From: Asterionella formosa
Taxonomy: Eukaryota
Assembly (NCBI GenBank): GCA_002256025.1
Contig: NKIB01013989.1
Span: 1 to 48,879, forward strand
Reading direction: 5' to 3'
DNA: 48,879 bases
Both the position numbers and the translations under genes were made by a program. The number at the start of each line of letters is the position of its first letter. Position 1 is the stretch's first letter. Below, in pieces: positions 38,398 through 48,879 of the stretch. The notes under the pieces were generated by a model. That model ran no database searches and was not told the origin of the DNA. It saw only the letters and a program-made list of their open reading frames with translations.

Positions 38398-40531
38398 TTA
38401 AAATTTTAGCTTATCTCTAATCTGCAATGCGTTGACAAACGCATTGACAAAGAGAGCAAATTTGTTTTCATTGATAGTAACGTCATTTGAGAGTCCAGAT
38501 GATACTGACTCCCAATTGAAAGGGGAAATTTCAGCTGTGGCATCACTATGGTGAAGGTAGGCGTCAACTTCCTTGTCATTCAAGAAGTTGCAAGGGTTTT
38601 TTCCAAATTTTTCATTCAACCTTTTCAAATCCATAAAACTATTCTGCACAATTTTCTTTATGAAGAAGAAAAACTACAGCTTTTTTCCATTTGCACCTTT
38701 TCCTTCTTGGTAAGAGCCTTCAATGATTTTTCAGACCAAACGGTTCCAAGGCCAAAAAAATTCTCCTTCTTCTTTACATGATGCACTTTCGAAGGATTAC
38801 CCACATGATCTGATGATACTACCATGCCGTCCAACTGCTTCCAATTGCAGTTCTCTAGACGAAATTGAGCCGGACATCCAACAAATTTGGTTTCGCCATT
38901 TCTTTCCAATTGAAGTAGACTTTATAAAAATTTCACAACATTGAATGGTCTACAGGACCATCCAGTATCACCTTCTGGCTGAAATAATAGTGAGTCATGT
39001 GTAGTTGCCATAAAAACTCGCAATGGAGCTTTTGTAGAATGATAGAAACTCTCACTCTGAATGTCCAAATTGTGGCTTATACTAAGCATGGCTCGGAAGT
39101 TAGGCATCCCATGATGCCATTTCTTTCTCCCTCTTACATCCAGGGATGATACAATATTTACGGGCAAGGTGATCGAGATGTTCTTGGACTGTGGCTGCTT
39201 CTGCTGGATCACGGATTTGACAATTTCATTCCTTAAGTCCAAATATGTAATGAAAAACAATGTCTATTACCACAAGATGATCTCTTGCAGTACACTATAA
39301 TCACATAGGTACACTCAATATACAACGGGTGACAATTCCCACTATAAGTGTCTCCACCACAATCCATTTGTGGATTGTCATCAACATCCACAGCAATAAC
39401 AATCACATTGGTTGGATGGAGTTCATGTGTTATAAATCGAATGAGATTCTGGATTGTTTGAAAATCCCAATATGCAAGAGATTTAAACTCCTCAATTTTT
39501 TTGAAATGTAACAAGTTATAAGTCTTTGCAGCATAAGTACAGACTTCTTGGGGAGTTCAAGAATAAAGTTCTTCCCATTTCTCGAATTGTGGCTTCGTTT
39601 TGGGAATGTTCACGTGCATGAAGGTTCAAATGGGAGACATGAGTTGACATAATTGACATGCATTTTCCTCTATATAGCTATGAACTGTCCTCGGGATTCT
39701 CCATGATGGTATTATTGACAGAATCTTTTTCAGCTTCATATGATTCAATAAAAATACCATTTCGATCATCCCGGTCATTGGGCATAACGAATTGGGAAAG
39801 GTCCAACATAGTCTGGCTGATAATGGTATTTTTGTTCTTCAACAACTTGATCTCTTCCACAATATCCTGAACAGAAGTTGATTTTCAAAAACAGGTTGAT
39901 GTTCAGTAGAACTAACAAAGATTCCTTTATTGGCATCGGGATGTTCCTCTTCATGACCATTCCTTGGCTAATTATTATTGTCTAGAATCTTTTCGTTACT
40001 TGATATTGTTGTCTTCGTTGGAAGAACACCAGAATCTATCAAACCAGCACCTGAGTCAGCATCATCTCCATTCATCAGATAATCTGGTGGGGTAGGGTTG
40101 TTGACATTTTCTGCATTAGAAACTTGGCCTTGGCCTCTAAATGTAGAGGTACCCTTGAAGATGTCTCGTCACGGAACTTATCGTGCATTATCACAAGAGA
40201 TCGACTGGCTTCTTCTCGATTTGGTGAACGATCAATAAGAATAGCCCGCTGCTTTTCATTGGAAAAAATTGGTTCAAATGTTTTGGTTTCGCCGTTGAAG
40301 ATGCCCTCTCTGATAAATGCATTGGGTCAATTCTGGAATTAACATATGAACTCTTTTTTCTAGAGAATTTTAAACCTTCTCGAAATCGTCAGATTTGGAA
40401 GGAAACAGACATGTGCTCTCAACCGATTCAATGAGTCGTTTCAATTTCTTCCTCGATGTTTAGACGTCTTCTAGTGTAAACCCAAATAGACTATCCTCTT
40501 TGTCATGGCAAATGTTGTTGTTGTGTTCCAT
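38398..40531 (-). pseudogene. Large disrupted ORF with probable Ulp1/C48-like cysteine protease domain
   Basis: A chain of same-strand ORF fragments. YWDFQTIQNLIRFITHELH...YVIIVYC...RHCFFITYLDL...LFQPEGDTGWSCRPF resembles the H...D...Q-x(n)-G-x-S-C-G-P pattern. The 5' limit is uncertain. Confidence 0.5.
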
Positions 40532-41490
40532 ATCAACTTTGATTGGTATTCATATGAAAAGCGATGCAGTATGGTTCCAAGAAATGATAATAAATGCAAT
40601 GAAACGGAGTTCGATTACTATCAATGATGGGAAGGCAACAGCAGCCTCCTCAGCAGCAGTATAATTGTATTTGCTTGTACTGATGATATCACGGTACATC
40701 ATGCATGCTATTCTATATTGGTATTTACTGCTATTTACATTCATCAAATTATATATTTTGACATAATGATAGTTGATGATAACATCTTATTACTGTATAA
40801 TTGTTTAGTAATAAATATTAAAAATATTAGCAATAACCTTTTAAAATATTTGAATTAATTTGCTCTTATAAATGTGATCAAACTATCATAGATTTAGTTA
40901 CAAGTGATTGTGAGTATGTGATAATGAATTATAAGTTCACTGTTGTAATCATACGATAATATGATATTAACGGTACGATCTCTTTTTCTTTTGAGTGTAC
41001 AGAACCATACGTCACCTTGTTTGTACGAGACCGTGTTATAGCCATGATAGTAGTATATGTGATATTCATGTGATATGTGTGATATTGCCAAAATAGTGGT
41101 ACCCCGGTAGGCTGTTGCATCAGGCATGATAGTGACTGTGACCATGTATATAGATATAACGTTATATATGTTCATACTATTGGCAACAATGCTATCAGTA
41201 GCTAGTGGTTGTGTCTGTTCATGTATATACTTCATAGGTAAAGGGGGTCATTCAGAAAATTTATTTGTATCCACAAGTTCTAGTCGTTGTCAGCAAATTC
41301 TAGTCATTGTCAGCAAGTTCTAAACGTAGAAAGAGATGATTCCTATTTGTATTCCGAAGCTAGGAGAAGACGGTTTGCTGAGCAGTTTCATCAGTCAGCA
41401 AATCCGAGTCGTGTTCAGAGACTGATTCTGCAAATCGTCATCGGTAAATAAGAGTAACGTTTTCCTAAATTACTTTAGGATTATTATTTC

Positions 41491-41585
41491 CATCGAAAGC
41501 TGTCCTATCTCGTCTGGCAGACATGAGATAAATCATTGGGAGTGGTTCAAAACTGGAAAGGTGCGCATAAAATTTGCGCTACCAG
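41491..41585 (-). repeat. Right terminal inverted repeat of the 12.5-kb element
   Basis: Its reverse complement matches 29095-29189. Confidence 0.8.
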
Positions 41586-43718
41586 ACCTTCCTGGTACCA
41601 GCCAGGTACTGTAGTTAAAAGCTACCGGTACTTCGACTCAATTACCGACTCGTTCGACTGTCTTTTCCTGCAAAAATTTCTTTCGCTTCTCCTTGATAGT
41701 TTTTTTATTTGCATTTTTCTGTTCCAATTAGTCTTTAGACGCGTAGTTGGGATTTTTGATTTTTGTTCTATGTAGTATGATCCCTTTCCCCTCCGGGTCC
41801 CCATAGCTGCAGTAAAGTTTGCACTTTAGACGTGGGTGGGATTTAGAGAGGGTGAATTTTATCCATTGACTGTAAATTTTTCACAACTTGGAGTTCAACA
41901 ATGTTGCTTTGCTGAAAGTTGATTCGAAGAATTGTGAGATTTCTTCCTTGAAACCTTTGTTGTTTGCCGTTCCTCTGGTTTCAATTCGCGCTTCGTGCAC
42001 ATCCCCAGGTTTCCCTCGTCTATATTACTAAGTACCGGTATTTGGCGCTTCAGAAGGGCGGTCTACCTGTCCCGGTATTATCTGCGTGCTCCTTACTGCG
42101 CAACAGGGAAAACTATAACAATCATATACCGGTACCAGTAAAAATCTGCATTGACCCACTGATTTCTCCCATTCGTTTGATTAGTTCGACTAAACCTTAA
42201 ATCGCATCTCTCAAAAATATGTTTTGTTGGATTCATGTCAGGAGGCGTCGGTATGTTAGAGTATCATGTTACTTGTTAATTGAACTGCTGGTTCAGAAGA
42301 TATTTATATTCATCTGGTTACAAAATTCAGTCTCAGTGGGTTAATGCAGTATATGAAATTTTTACCAGACCTGAAATTAATTTTGTATTCGTTTGTGAAC
42401 ACGGGTTATCCTGTTTGGTTCAAAGCGAAAAGACATAAAATGCATGATGGTTCATACTTTCTTAAGGTTGTGCCCCGCCGGCATAACCCTAGTTGCTTTG
42501 GTGTAAACATTGCTAGGGTTGTCAAAACATCATGGAACAAGGAGTTTGTTTCTATGTTATCCCATGATTTTAGTGTCGATTTGAATATTTGAATAGAATA
42601 GAAATCAGCGCCATATTGATAGAGTTTCATTTAAAAAATTATATTTAAGCGTTTGTATTATATCTACGTTGCTGAATGTAGATACAATTTTACTACATGC
42701 CAAAACACATATATAAATCAGGAGTATGCCAATATGTATGTGCATGGGTCTTGTTCAAAGAAAAGAAATGATGTAATTTATACGTTCATATTGAATCTTC
42801 GTTGCTGTATGTAGTTTCAATACTACTCTACGCCCAAAGGCAAACATACAATCAGTGCCGGAGTACCGGTATAGTAGTACCTGGTACATAATGAAGACGA
42901 TGGATGATGGAAGGCAAGATGAAACTGCCGGTAGCACTGATTTTACATACCGGTATGCAATACATTTAATACCTGTGGTTCAAGTGTGGCTGGTGTGATT
43001 TTACAAGACCAGGATACTTCAGCAAATCTGGAGCAGGTGAGTAAATTCAATTCAACCAATCTGAATATATGTAGTGATGCAGGAACTTAACCTGGAGTCT
43101 TTTCGGACAGAGAATTATTCAGCAAAACATACCTACACAAGACTCTAAGTCTACGAGAACATTGTTGAATGTACAAATTCCGATTCCAATATTTTGGCGA
43201 CTGCTGAAAAAGCCAATCGGGTCGACTTTTTGGAGGAGGATTACTCTACATCTACGGGGTTTCATGAAGATTAAAATAGATAGCCATGTATCCTATAATG
43301 TCAGGAGTTAACTTCTGTAGAGAAGTTACAGCTATCCCTCGTAGATTCTTTAAACGCTTTGCAGGTATCATTGATTGGAAGGGTTTTGACTATAAATAAA
43401 TAATATATGCATGTAAAAAACTACGCACTTCAATTTGATCAGCCGAGAAGAAGCTTTGATATATCAACAATATGTAGAATTTACGGAATTCTCCACGGCG
43501 ACGGTCGTGAATTTGTAATATTTGTACAAGACGGTTTGTACTATAAGGAAAACAGAGCTACTACTACCGGTATAACATTCTCATGCACTGGTGGACTTCT
43601 TTACGTATTCGTCCACTCGTACATACGTGTATATCATTGTAATGATTTCCAATCGATCTCCATCGACCCGTATCTACTTCCATTCATTATAGTAACAATC
43701 ATTGCCTATCTCCCCGAG

Positions 43719-45329
43719 ATGATGAGCACTGAATTTTTAGAGGAAATATCCCACGAGACCGAGGTAGGTAAAGAAAGCGCATCTGACCTGGCCCTACCGG
43801 CCTTTTCCGATGCTGAAGAAACCGTCACCCTGAATGCCGCAGAAGATACCCTTGAAAAAGGCGACATGAATAACGAAGAAGATTCTTCCTCGTTCAACAC
43901 CATGGACGAAGCTGAATCGGACGATTCTATACTATCAGATGACGAAGCTAATGACCTCGTGGCCCAAGCTGTATCTCAAAAAGACAAGGGCAACTCGTTT
44001 TTTAACCACGGCGACTTGGACAAGGCAGCTCGTGCTTATCGCAAGGGTACATCCCTTGTGAAACCACTCAACAAGGCCAATTCCGGTGACGACCAAGTCA
44101 AGGCCTTGTTGGTTTCTCTTCAAAATAATCTATCCATGGTCATGTTCAAACAAGAAAAGTACAAGTTATCAAGAGACGTTGCCACCAAGGTCTTGCAATT
44201 GGAAGAATCAAACGTCAAGGCTCTCTACCGACGAGCGACGGCACATCGCAAGCTAGGAGATATCATGGAGGCCAAGGCGGATTTGACCAAGGCATACAAG
44301 ATGGATCCATATAATTCTGCCGTCAAGAAGGAACTCCAGGCTGTGAAATCGGTTCTGGAGAAGAGCAAGGCGACAGAGAAAGTGCAAATGAAAAAAGCCT
44401 TTTCCTTTGGGTTGTACGAAGACAAGGTAGAAATAGAGCGAAAGAAAGAATTAGAGAAGGAAAAAAAGAAAATAGAAGAAGAAGATATGCTCAAGAAGCG
44501 AAAGCAAGAGTGGGAGGATGAGTGTGTGAAGCGGATGGCCAATAATGGAAAAGCCATTTCATACGACGAATGGGATATCGAACGCAAGGAACGTGATGAA
44601 GCGCTCACGAAACTCAAGAAACAACAAGAAAAGAAAAAAAGGATGGAGAAAAAGAAACAGGCACAAGTATTGAAGAAGATTACAGTTGAAGATAGTGACG
44701 ACGATGACGTACTCACAGAACAAGAAATGGCACAATTCCGAGGATACAAGAAGACCAAGGAAGGCAAGATTACTTCCTACTTTCACCGCGAGCAATCAGC
44801 AGAAGAAATTGCATTATTGGGCAATACGGCGCCTCAGCGTTTGGAAGGAGCAAGGATCTCACCCGACAACACTCCTGTGGATAAACCGAAGGCTTCTGCC
44901 TGGAATCAAGGGGGAACCACGTGGGAAGAGAAGGATACCACCGATTGGTGTACGACGACACTCACAAGATTTTTGAAGGAATCGTTCGCCACTGAAGCAC
45001 CCTTCCTGGCTGTCGTAACCGCGGTAGATAGCTTGACGGGCGACGCGTCAGTGGCCATTGCTGGTGGCAAAAAGCGGTATATTTTTGATTTTCACGTAAA
45101 GTTGACTTTTGATATTCGAGATGGCGATGACATTGTGGCATCAGGCATGTTGCAGTTACCGGACATTAATAGTGCATCTCATGATGAACTGGAGGTTGAA
45201 ATAATGACGTGGAAGACCAATCCATCGGAAGAATGCACTGAGGCCGCGAACAAATGTCGTACAGGTTTGGTGGGCTCAGTTCGCACAAGTGTGCTGCGCT
45301 TCGTGGAGGAATTCAATCATCACTATTAG
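43719..45329 (+). CDS. TPR-domain protein with coiled coil and C-terminal Aha1 (activator of Hsp90 ATPase) N-like domain; putative Hsp90 co-chaperone
   Basis: Carboxylate-clamp-type TPRs (KDKGNSFF, LQNNLSMVMFK, NVKALYRRA), a K/E-rich coil, RGYKKTKEGKITSYF, SAWNQGGTTWEEKD and GDAS...GKKRYIFDF. The likely start is MMSTEF at 43719; the upstream 43407 extension looks non-coding. Confidence 0.88.
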   Translation: MMSTEFLEEISHETEVGKESASDLALPAFSDAEETVTLNAAEDTLEKGDMNNEEDSSSFNTMDEAESDDSILSDDEANDLVAQAVSQKDKGNSFFNHGDLDKAARAYRKGTSLVKPLNKANSGDDQVKALLVSLQNNLSMVMFKQEKYKLSRDVATKVLQLEESNVKALYRRATAHRKLGDIMEAKADLTKAYKMDPYNSAVKKELQAVKSVLEKSKATEKVQMKKAFSFGLYEDKVEIERKKELEKEKKKIEEEDMLKKRKQEWEDECVKRMANNGKAISYDEWDIERKERDEALTKLKKQQEKKKRMEKKKQAQVLKKITVEDSDDDDVLTEQEMAQFRGYKKTKEGKITSYFHREQSAEEIALLGNTAPQRLEGARISPDNTPVDKPKASAWNQGGTTWEEKDTTDWCTTTLTRFLKESFATEAPFLAVVTAVDSLTGDASVAIAGGKKRYIFDFHVKLTFDIRDGDDIVASGMLQLPDINSASHDELEVEIMTWKTNPSEECTEAANKCRTGLVGSVRTSVLRFVEEFNHHY

Positions 45330-45477
45330 AGATTTGCGACAATGCATCAAGAATATCACAGTCGTGAGTGTTTAGAATGACAGACTTATATCATGGTCTT
45401 ATTAGGGAGTACGCAGTAAAAATATTAGAATTCCTACAATACCCATGTCCAAAACGTCCTTTAATATCCTGGCCATA

Positions 45478-48288
45478 TTACTCTTCTTTCTCATTAGCAT
45501 CGCTTGTTACTTCTAGTTCAGTAGATAGGGGTGGAAAGTATGGAACAGCTAAGCATTGTTCATCCGATAAATTGGGAAGGACCATAAACTGCTCCAAATC
45601 GGATGTAACATTCTTCTCCAGGAACAAGTAATCAACCGCCGAATATCCGACGACAGCATTCGCTGCCAACCATCCAGCCACTATGGATCCCGAAAAGGAG
45701 TCTCCAACTGTCAAATCAGGACTGCCCATGTACAACCCTGGATATGGTGTATCTACTCGGATTCCCTTAGCTGCATATCGCTCTGGATTGTGGCTCAAGC
45801 CTTGGACAAAAGGTCCTCGAAGTTCGACATGATCGATCTTGTCTGCAAGTTGAGGAAAGGTATCAATCAGATCATTCTTGACGCGCTCCAAAAGCCGTCC
45901 AGCCGCTTCGCTAGTAAGACTCGTACGCAACATGGAATAGATTTTAGGTTTCGTGTCAAACAGCACGACAAAGTCGTCATCAGCCTCAATGGTGACAACA
46001 CAAGTTGTCACGTCTCCGTGACGTGATGCAAAAGTTGGATCTTTGGCAGAAGGGAAGGCAATGTGCATCCACGAAACACCAGTATCAAACTTGTGTCGTC
46101 GAGGCTTCTTTCTAGGGGCAGAAATCGCTGTCGACTCAGCAGATAAGCAGTTAATGTCCTCCAAAGTAATTTGGCCTTCTTCCTTCTGGTCTGCTTCCAA
46201 CTTGTCACATCCCCCAACTTGACCCAAGTCAACAGTCCCGGTTACTGGGTCCAATTCATCGATGGGAAGTGAGGCAGATGGAACTCGATAAAAATCAGCA
46301 CCAGTTACATCGAGATCCTCGGCAGAACCTTGAAGTGCAAACAATACCTTTATATGGGGACGGCGTTCCGAAAGAGCAGGCAACCCTCTCGGCACTTTGA
46401 ACTCATCACGAATATGTTCGGGAAGCAAACGAATAAAAGTGTCAATAAAGCTCTTGAAGCAAACTACACAGTTGTCAGCATTGGTCTCTACTGTCGGAAA
46501 CACAAGAACTTGGCCATCTTCAAGCTTGACACCAATACAACGAGGATAAACCCGCTCTTCAGTATGTTTTTCCCCGGTATCATTCGTCAATGTTACACTT
46601 TCATCGAAGACAAGTTGCGCCAAAGGGGCTCCAGTCGCAACTTTTCCACCGCACTGTTCCACCACTGACGTCAATGCATGACAAAGAGCTCGAGGCCCAC
46701 CAATCGGATAATGGAGCCCTTCACCACTCATGGCCGCACAAACGTTTGTCACGTGGGCTCCCATGCTGGCTTTGGAGGGCTTCAAATCTTCATCCTTCAT
46801 TCCGATCCCCGCCATAAGTGCTCTGAGGTGTGCATTCATAGGAAAGGTTTGATCCAGGAAGGGGGCTGTATAGCGTATAGAAACTTCGGAGTATGTGCTT
46901 TTGGAGCGCAAGTCGTTGACCTTGTCGGTCAAAACTTTCGACATGTAGTATTCACTCGCAGTGGCATTCATACTTTGACATGCCGCCAAGTAAGCCCCTG
47001 CCAAATTATTTCCAATTCCTCCATCATAATCAGGCCAACCATCTCCCAAAAAGCGTGCAGTATCATCCATGAATCCCGAAGTTCCACCATCGGCCCGAAG
47101 GACAAACGGGACATTGTCGCCACCCATTCCTGGTATGGAGAGAATTTCAAATGCGTGTCCGTCTGTCTGATTCCCAATTTGTGCAAATCGAATGCCACCT
47201 TGATAATCAGTTGTAGTACAAAGAGCAGGTGCCAAAATTTCTTGTTGGCGACGGATGCGAGAAATGTTGTTGTTTTGAATATCAAATGGCATGCTTGGGT
47301 ACTTGTCAATGGTGGTACAACCACTGGCGTCATCGTCGGGTGATAATACGAGAACTTTCCGACCGGCTTTGGCTAATAAGGCCGCCGTGTAGAGCGCTCC
47401 AGGTCCACTTCCCAAAATCATGGTGTTATAATCTGACATGTTAATGTCATTGGAAAATTTAGTGCCAACCATTTGTTTGAGCAGAGATTGCTTGAAATTG
47501 TCAGACCCATCACCCTCTTTCTTATAGTATGGCTCTAGAGCATCAATTTCCTTCTTCATGTTTCCCAACGCTCTCGTTTTGCGTTTTCCGACCAGCCACT
47601 TGACAATCGCAATGCTCACTACCAAGGCCCAAGGCTGCAATCCAACCAACAAGAATAGAACTGCTAATACCATTAGGTTCCAATGGACCCCATTGCGCTG
47701 CATCATAAACAAGAAAATAATTGCTGTCGACTTGCTGATGGGACCCTGCGTTTGTCTAATGGGTGAAAAATGCCCTAGCTCGTACCTGCGTTGGATGGAC
47801 CTGACATAGTGTTCAATCTGTGGATGGTTGGTAATGAATGGTCTAAAGACCCCATAGCGCTCATCAAGAAGTCGTTCAAACTTGGCAGCCTTGGCGTACA
47901 CTCTATACTTTTTGAGTACCGAAAAGTCTTTTGCGGTTTCTGTAAAGAGTTCCTTGACTTCGTCGATCACTGCTTGGGAATGGAACAAGGGAGGCTTTGG
48001 CGGTTCAGGAGGATCCGTCGCGGAATAAATGTTTCCATCCACGTCAACTTCTGCCTTCTGCGTATTGCTCGCTGCTACTTCCTTGAGTAAGTCTTGGTAT
48101 GCTACGTACTGACTGGCATATGTTTCAAGAGACGAAGTGGCCAACTCCTCCATTAAGGGCGTCAAGATGGAATTGATGACATTCGAACTGACTTGACCAA
48201 CAATCAAGCCTAGCGACGAGAATTTGGGTTTTTGTTGAGGATACGCTTTGCCAATCCTCTCGTGTTTGCTCAATATTCCCATGCGCAT
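45478..48288 (-). CDS. FAD-dependent oxidoreductase, all-trans-retinol 13,14-reductase/phytoene dehydrogenase-like, with N-terminal membrane segment
   Basis: Motifs MILGSGPGALYTAALLAKAGRKVLVL, HYPIGGPRAL...VEQCGGKV, IAFPSAKDP and TPYPGLYMGSPDL. Hydrophobic helices at ~aa 188-232. The true start may be the ATG at 48153. Confidence 0.85.
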   Translation of the reverse strand: MRMGILSKHERIGKAYPQQKPKFSSLGLIVGQVSSNVINSILTPLMEELATSSLETYASQYVAYQDLLKEVAASNTQKAEVDVDGNIYSATDPPEPPKPPLFHSQAVIDEVKELFTETAKDFSVLKKYRVYAKAAKFERLLDERYGVFRPFITNHPQIEHYVRSIQRRYELGHFSPIRQTQGPISKSTAIIFLFMMQRNGVHWNLMVLAVLFLLVGLQPWALVVSIAIVKWLVGKRKTRALGNMKKEIDALEPYYKKEGDGSDNFKQSLLKQMVGTKFSNDINMSDYNTMILGSGPGALYTAALLAKAGRKVLVLSPDDDASGCTTIDKYPSMPFDIQNNNISRIRRQQEILAPALCTTTDYQGGIRFAQIGNQTDGHAFEILSIPGMGGDNVPFVLRADGGTSGFMDDTARFLGDGWPDYDGGIGNNLAGAYLAACQSMNATASEYYMSKVLTDKVNDLRSKSTYSEVSIRYTAPFLDQTFPMNAHLRALMAGIGMKDEDLKPSKASMGAHVTNVCAAMSGEGLHYPIGGPRALCHALTSVVEQCGGKVATGAPLAQLVFDESVTLTNDTGEKHTEERVYPRCIGVKLEDGQVLVFPTVETNADNCVVCFKSFIDTFIRLLPEHIRDEFKVPRGLPALSERRPHIKVLFALQGSAEDLDVTGADFYRVPSASLPIDELDPVTGTVDLGQVGGCDKLEADQKEEGQITLEDINCLSAESTAISAPRKKPRRHKFDTGVSWMHIAFPSAKDPTFASRHGDVTTCVVTIEADDDFVVLFDTKPKIYSMLRTSLTSEAAGRLLERVKNDLIDTFPQLADKIDHVELRGPFVQGLSHNPERYAAKGIRVDTPYPGLYMGSPDLTVGDSFSGSIVAGWLAANAVVGYSAVDYLFLEKNVTSDLEQFMVLPNLSDEQCLAVPYFPPLSTELEVTSDANEKEE

Positions 48289-48611
48289 CTTTCGGCTGTA
48301 TCTGGTGGTGCAATAACGAAACGAGACGAGACGAGACGAAAAAGTTTAAGGATTAGCTTTCTGGACCATCATCGTGACGAATCTGACTTTTGCTGTAGCT
48401 GCGGATTATAAAAAATACCTGATTCCATGTAATAAAACATTTTATGCTAAATGACTATACCGGTAGATACTGGTATACGCATCAGGTATGGACCATTGTA
48501 TTATAATAGATATAGGTGCATATATTGAAATGTATTTATTTATCTCATTTATAAATGGTGAGAGGACATGAAGATGTGGCCTGGCCGCCGTCCATCTCCT
48601 AGATAGATTCA

Positions 48612-48760
48612 GGATACCAGGTACCTAGAAGGAACCACCAGTACCAGGGTACCGGTACCAGGTACCATGTACATTGGCTATTACATACAAATGTACCAGG
48701 TATCGGTACCCTTGTGCCCGATACAGTACCGGTACCAGGTACCAGGGTACCAGGTACCTT
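48612..48760. repeat. GGTACC/TACCAGGTA/TACCGGTA low-complexity palindromic tract
   Basis: For example GTACCAGGGTACCGGTACCAGGTACC and GTACCGGTACCAGGTACCAGGGTACCAGGTACC. Confidence 0.9.
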
Positions 48761-48879
48761 GTTCTATTTTACTGATGCCTTCTTCTTTTCTTCATTTTCT
48801 ATTTTGTTTTTCAAGTGTCGTATGTATACCGGTATCTTATAAATGCTGTTACTTCCAGCTGGAGCTGGCATCTTTGGTG

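Larger units (their letters stand above)
29095..41585. mobile_element. Large (~12.5 kb) degenerate Plavaka/CMC-like TIR DNA transposon carrying cargo genes
   Basis: Left end CTGGAAGCGCACATTTTATGCACACCTTTTCAGTT... (from 29095) versus reverse complement of the right end CTGGTAGCGCAAATTTTATGCGCACCTTTCCAGTT... (from 41585): 31/35 identical, ~71/95 ungapped. AC flanks both sides (29093-29094, 41586-41587). An internal transposase pseudogene is present. Confidence 0.78.

Noticed and set aside
29095..41585. TET/JBP dioxygenase cargo as in fungal Plavaka/KDZ elements, or an endogenous virus/Polinton
   Set aside because: I could not recognise an HxD...H...R 2OG-Fe(II) signature, capsid, packaging ATPase or polB motif in the fragments. 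Heavy decay means it cannot be fully excluded.
41590..43400. Additional gene(s) right of the transposon
   Set aside because: Only short, stop-interrupted coding-like pieces and one GTGAGT donor are present, with no assignable product.
43407..43718. N-terminal 104-aa extension of the TPR protein
   Set aside because: It has AT-rich, intergenic-like composition and contains the non-coding TACCGGTA motif. The ATG at 43719 starts the acidic, protein-like sequence.
44225..47343. Antisense ORFs (e.g. 44225-44767 minus, 46678-47343 plus, and many inside TRRAP)
   Set aside because: These are shadow ORFs opposite well-supported genes, with no independent motifs.

Overview
Eukaryotic nuclear DNA, most likely a diatom. 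The evidence is short GT-AG introns, an ASAFAP-type bipartite plastid presequence and diatom-type gene content. Six host genes look intact: a tail-anchored hypothetical protein, a plastid-targeted DUF1997-like protein, a two-exon CaaX protein, a two-exon ~4374-aa TRRAP/Tra1, a TPR + Aha1-N co-chaperone and a RETSAT/phytoene-dehydrogenase-like oxidoreductase. AT-rich, repeat-derived DNA separates them. The main hidden structure is a decayed ~12.5-kb DNA transposon (29095-41585) with ~95-bp terminal inverted repeats and a 2-bp AC flanking duplication. It carries a Plavaka-type transposase pseudogene, one or two Ulp1-like protease remnants, an intron-containing gene of unknown function, a trypsin active-site fragment and an internal ~110-bp tandem array echoing the element's termini. 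A 5'-truncated non-LTR retrotransposon with a 24-bp target-site duplication interrupts the transposase. Separately, the palindrome TACCGGTA (at least 17 copies) and its relatives TACCWGGTA/GGTACC are strongly over-represented in non-coding DNA, and one repeat unit shows the motif arising by insertion. All family assignments come from motif recognition by eye, not database searches.
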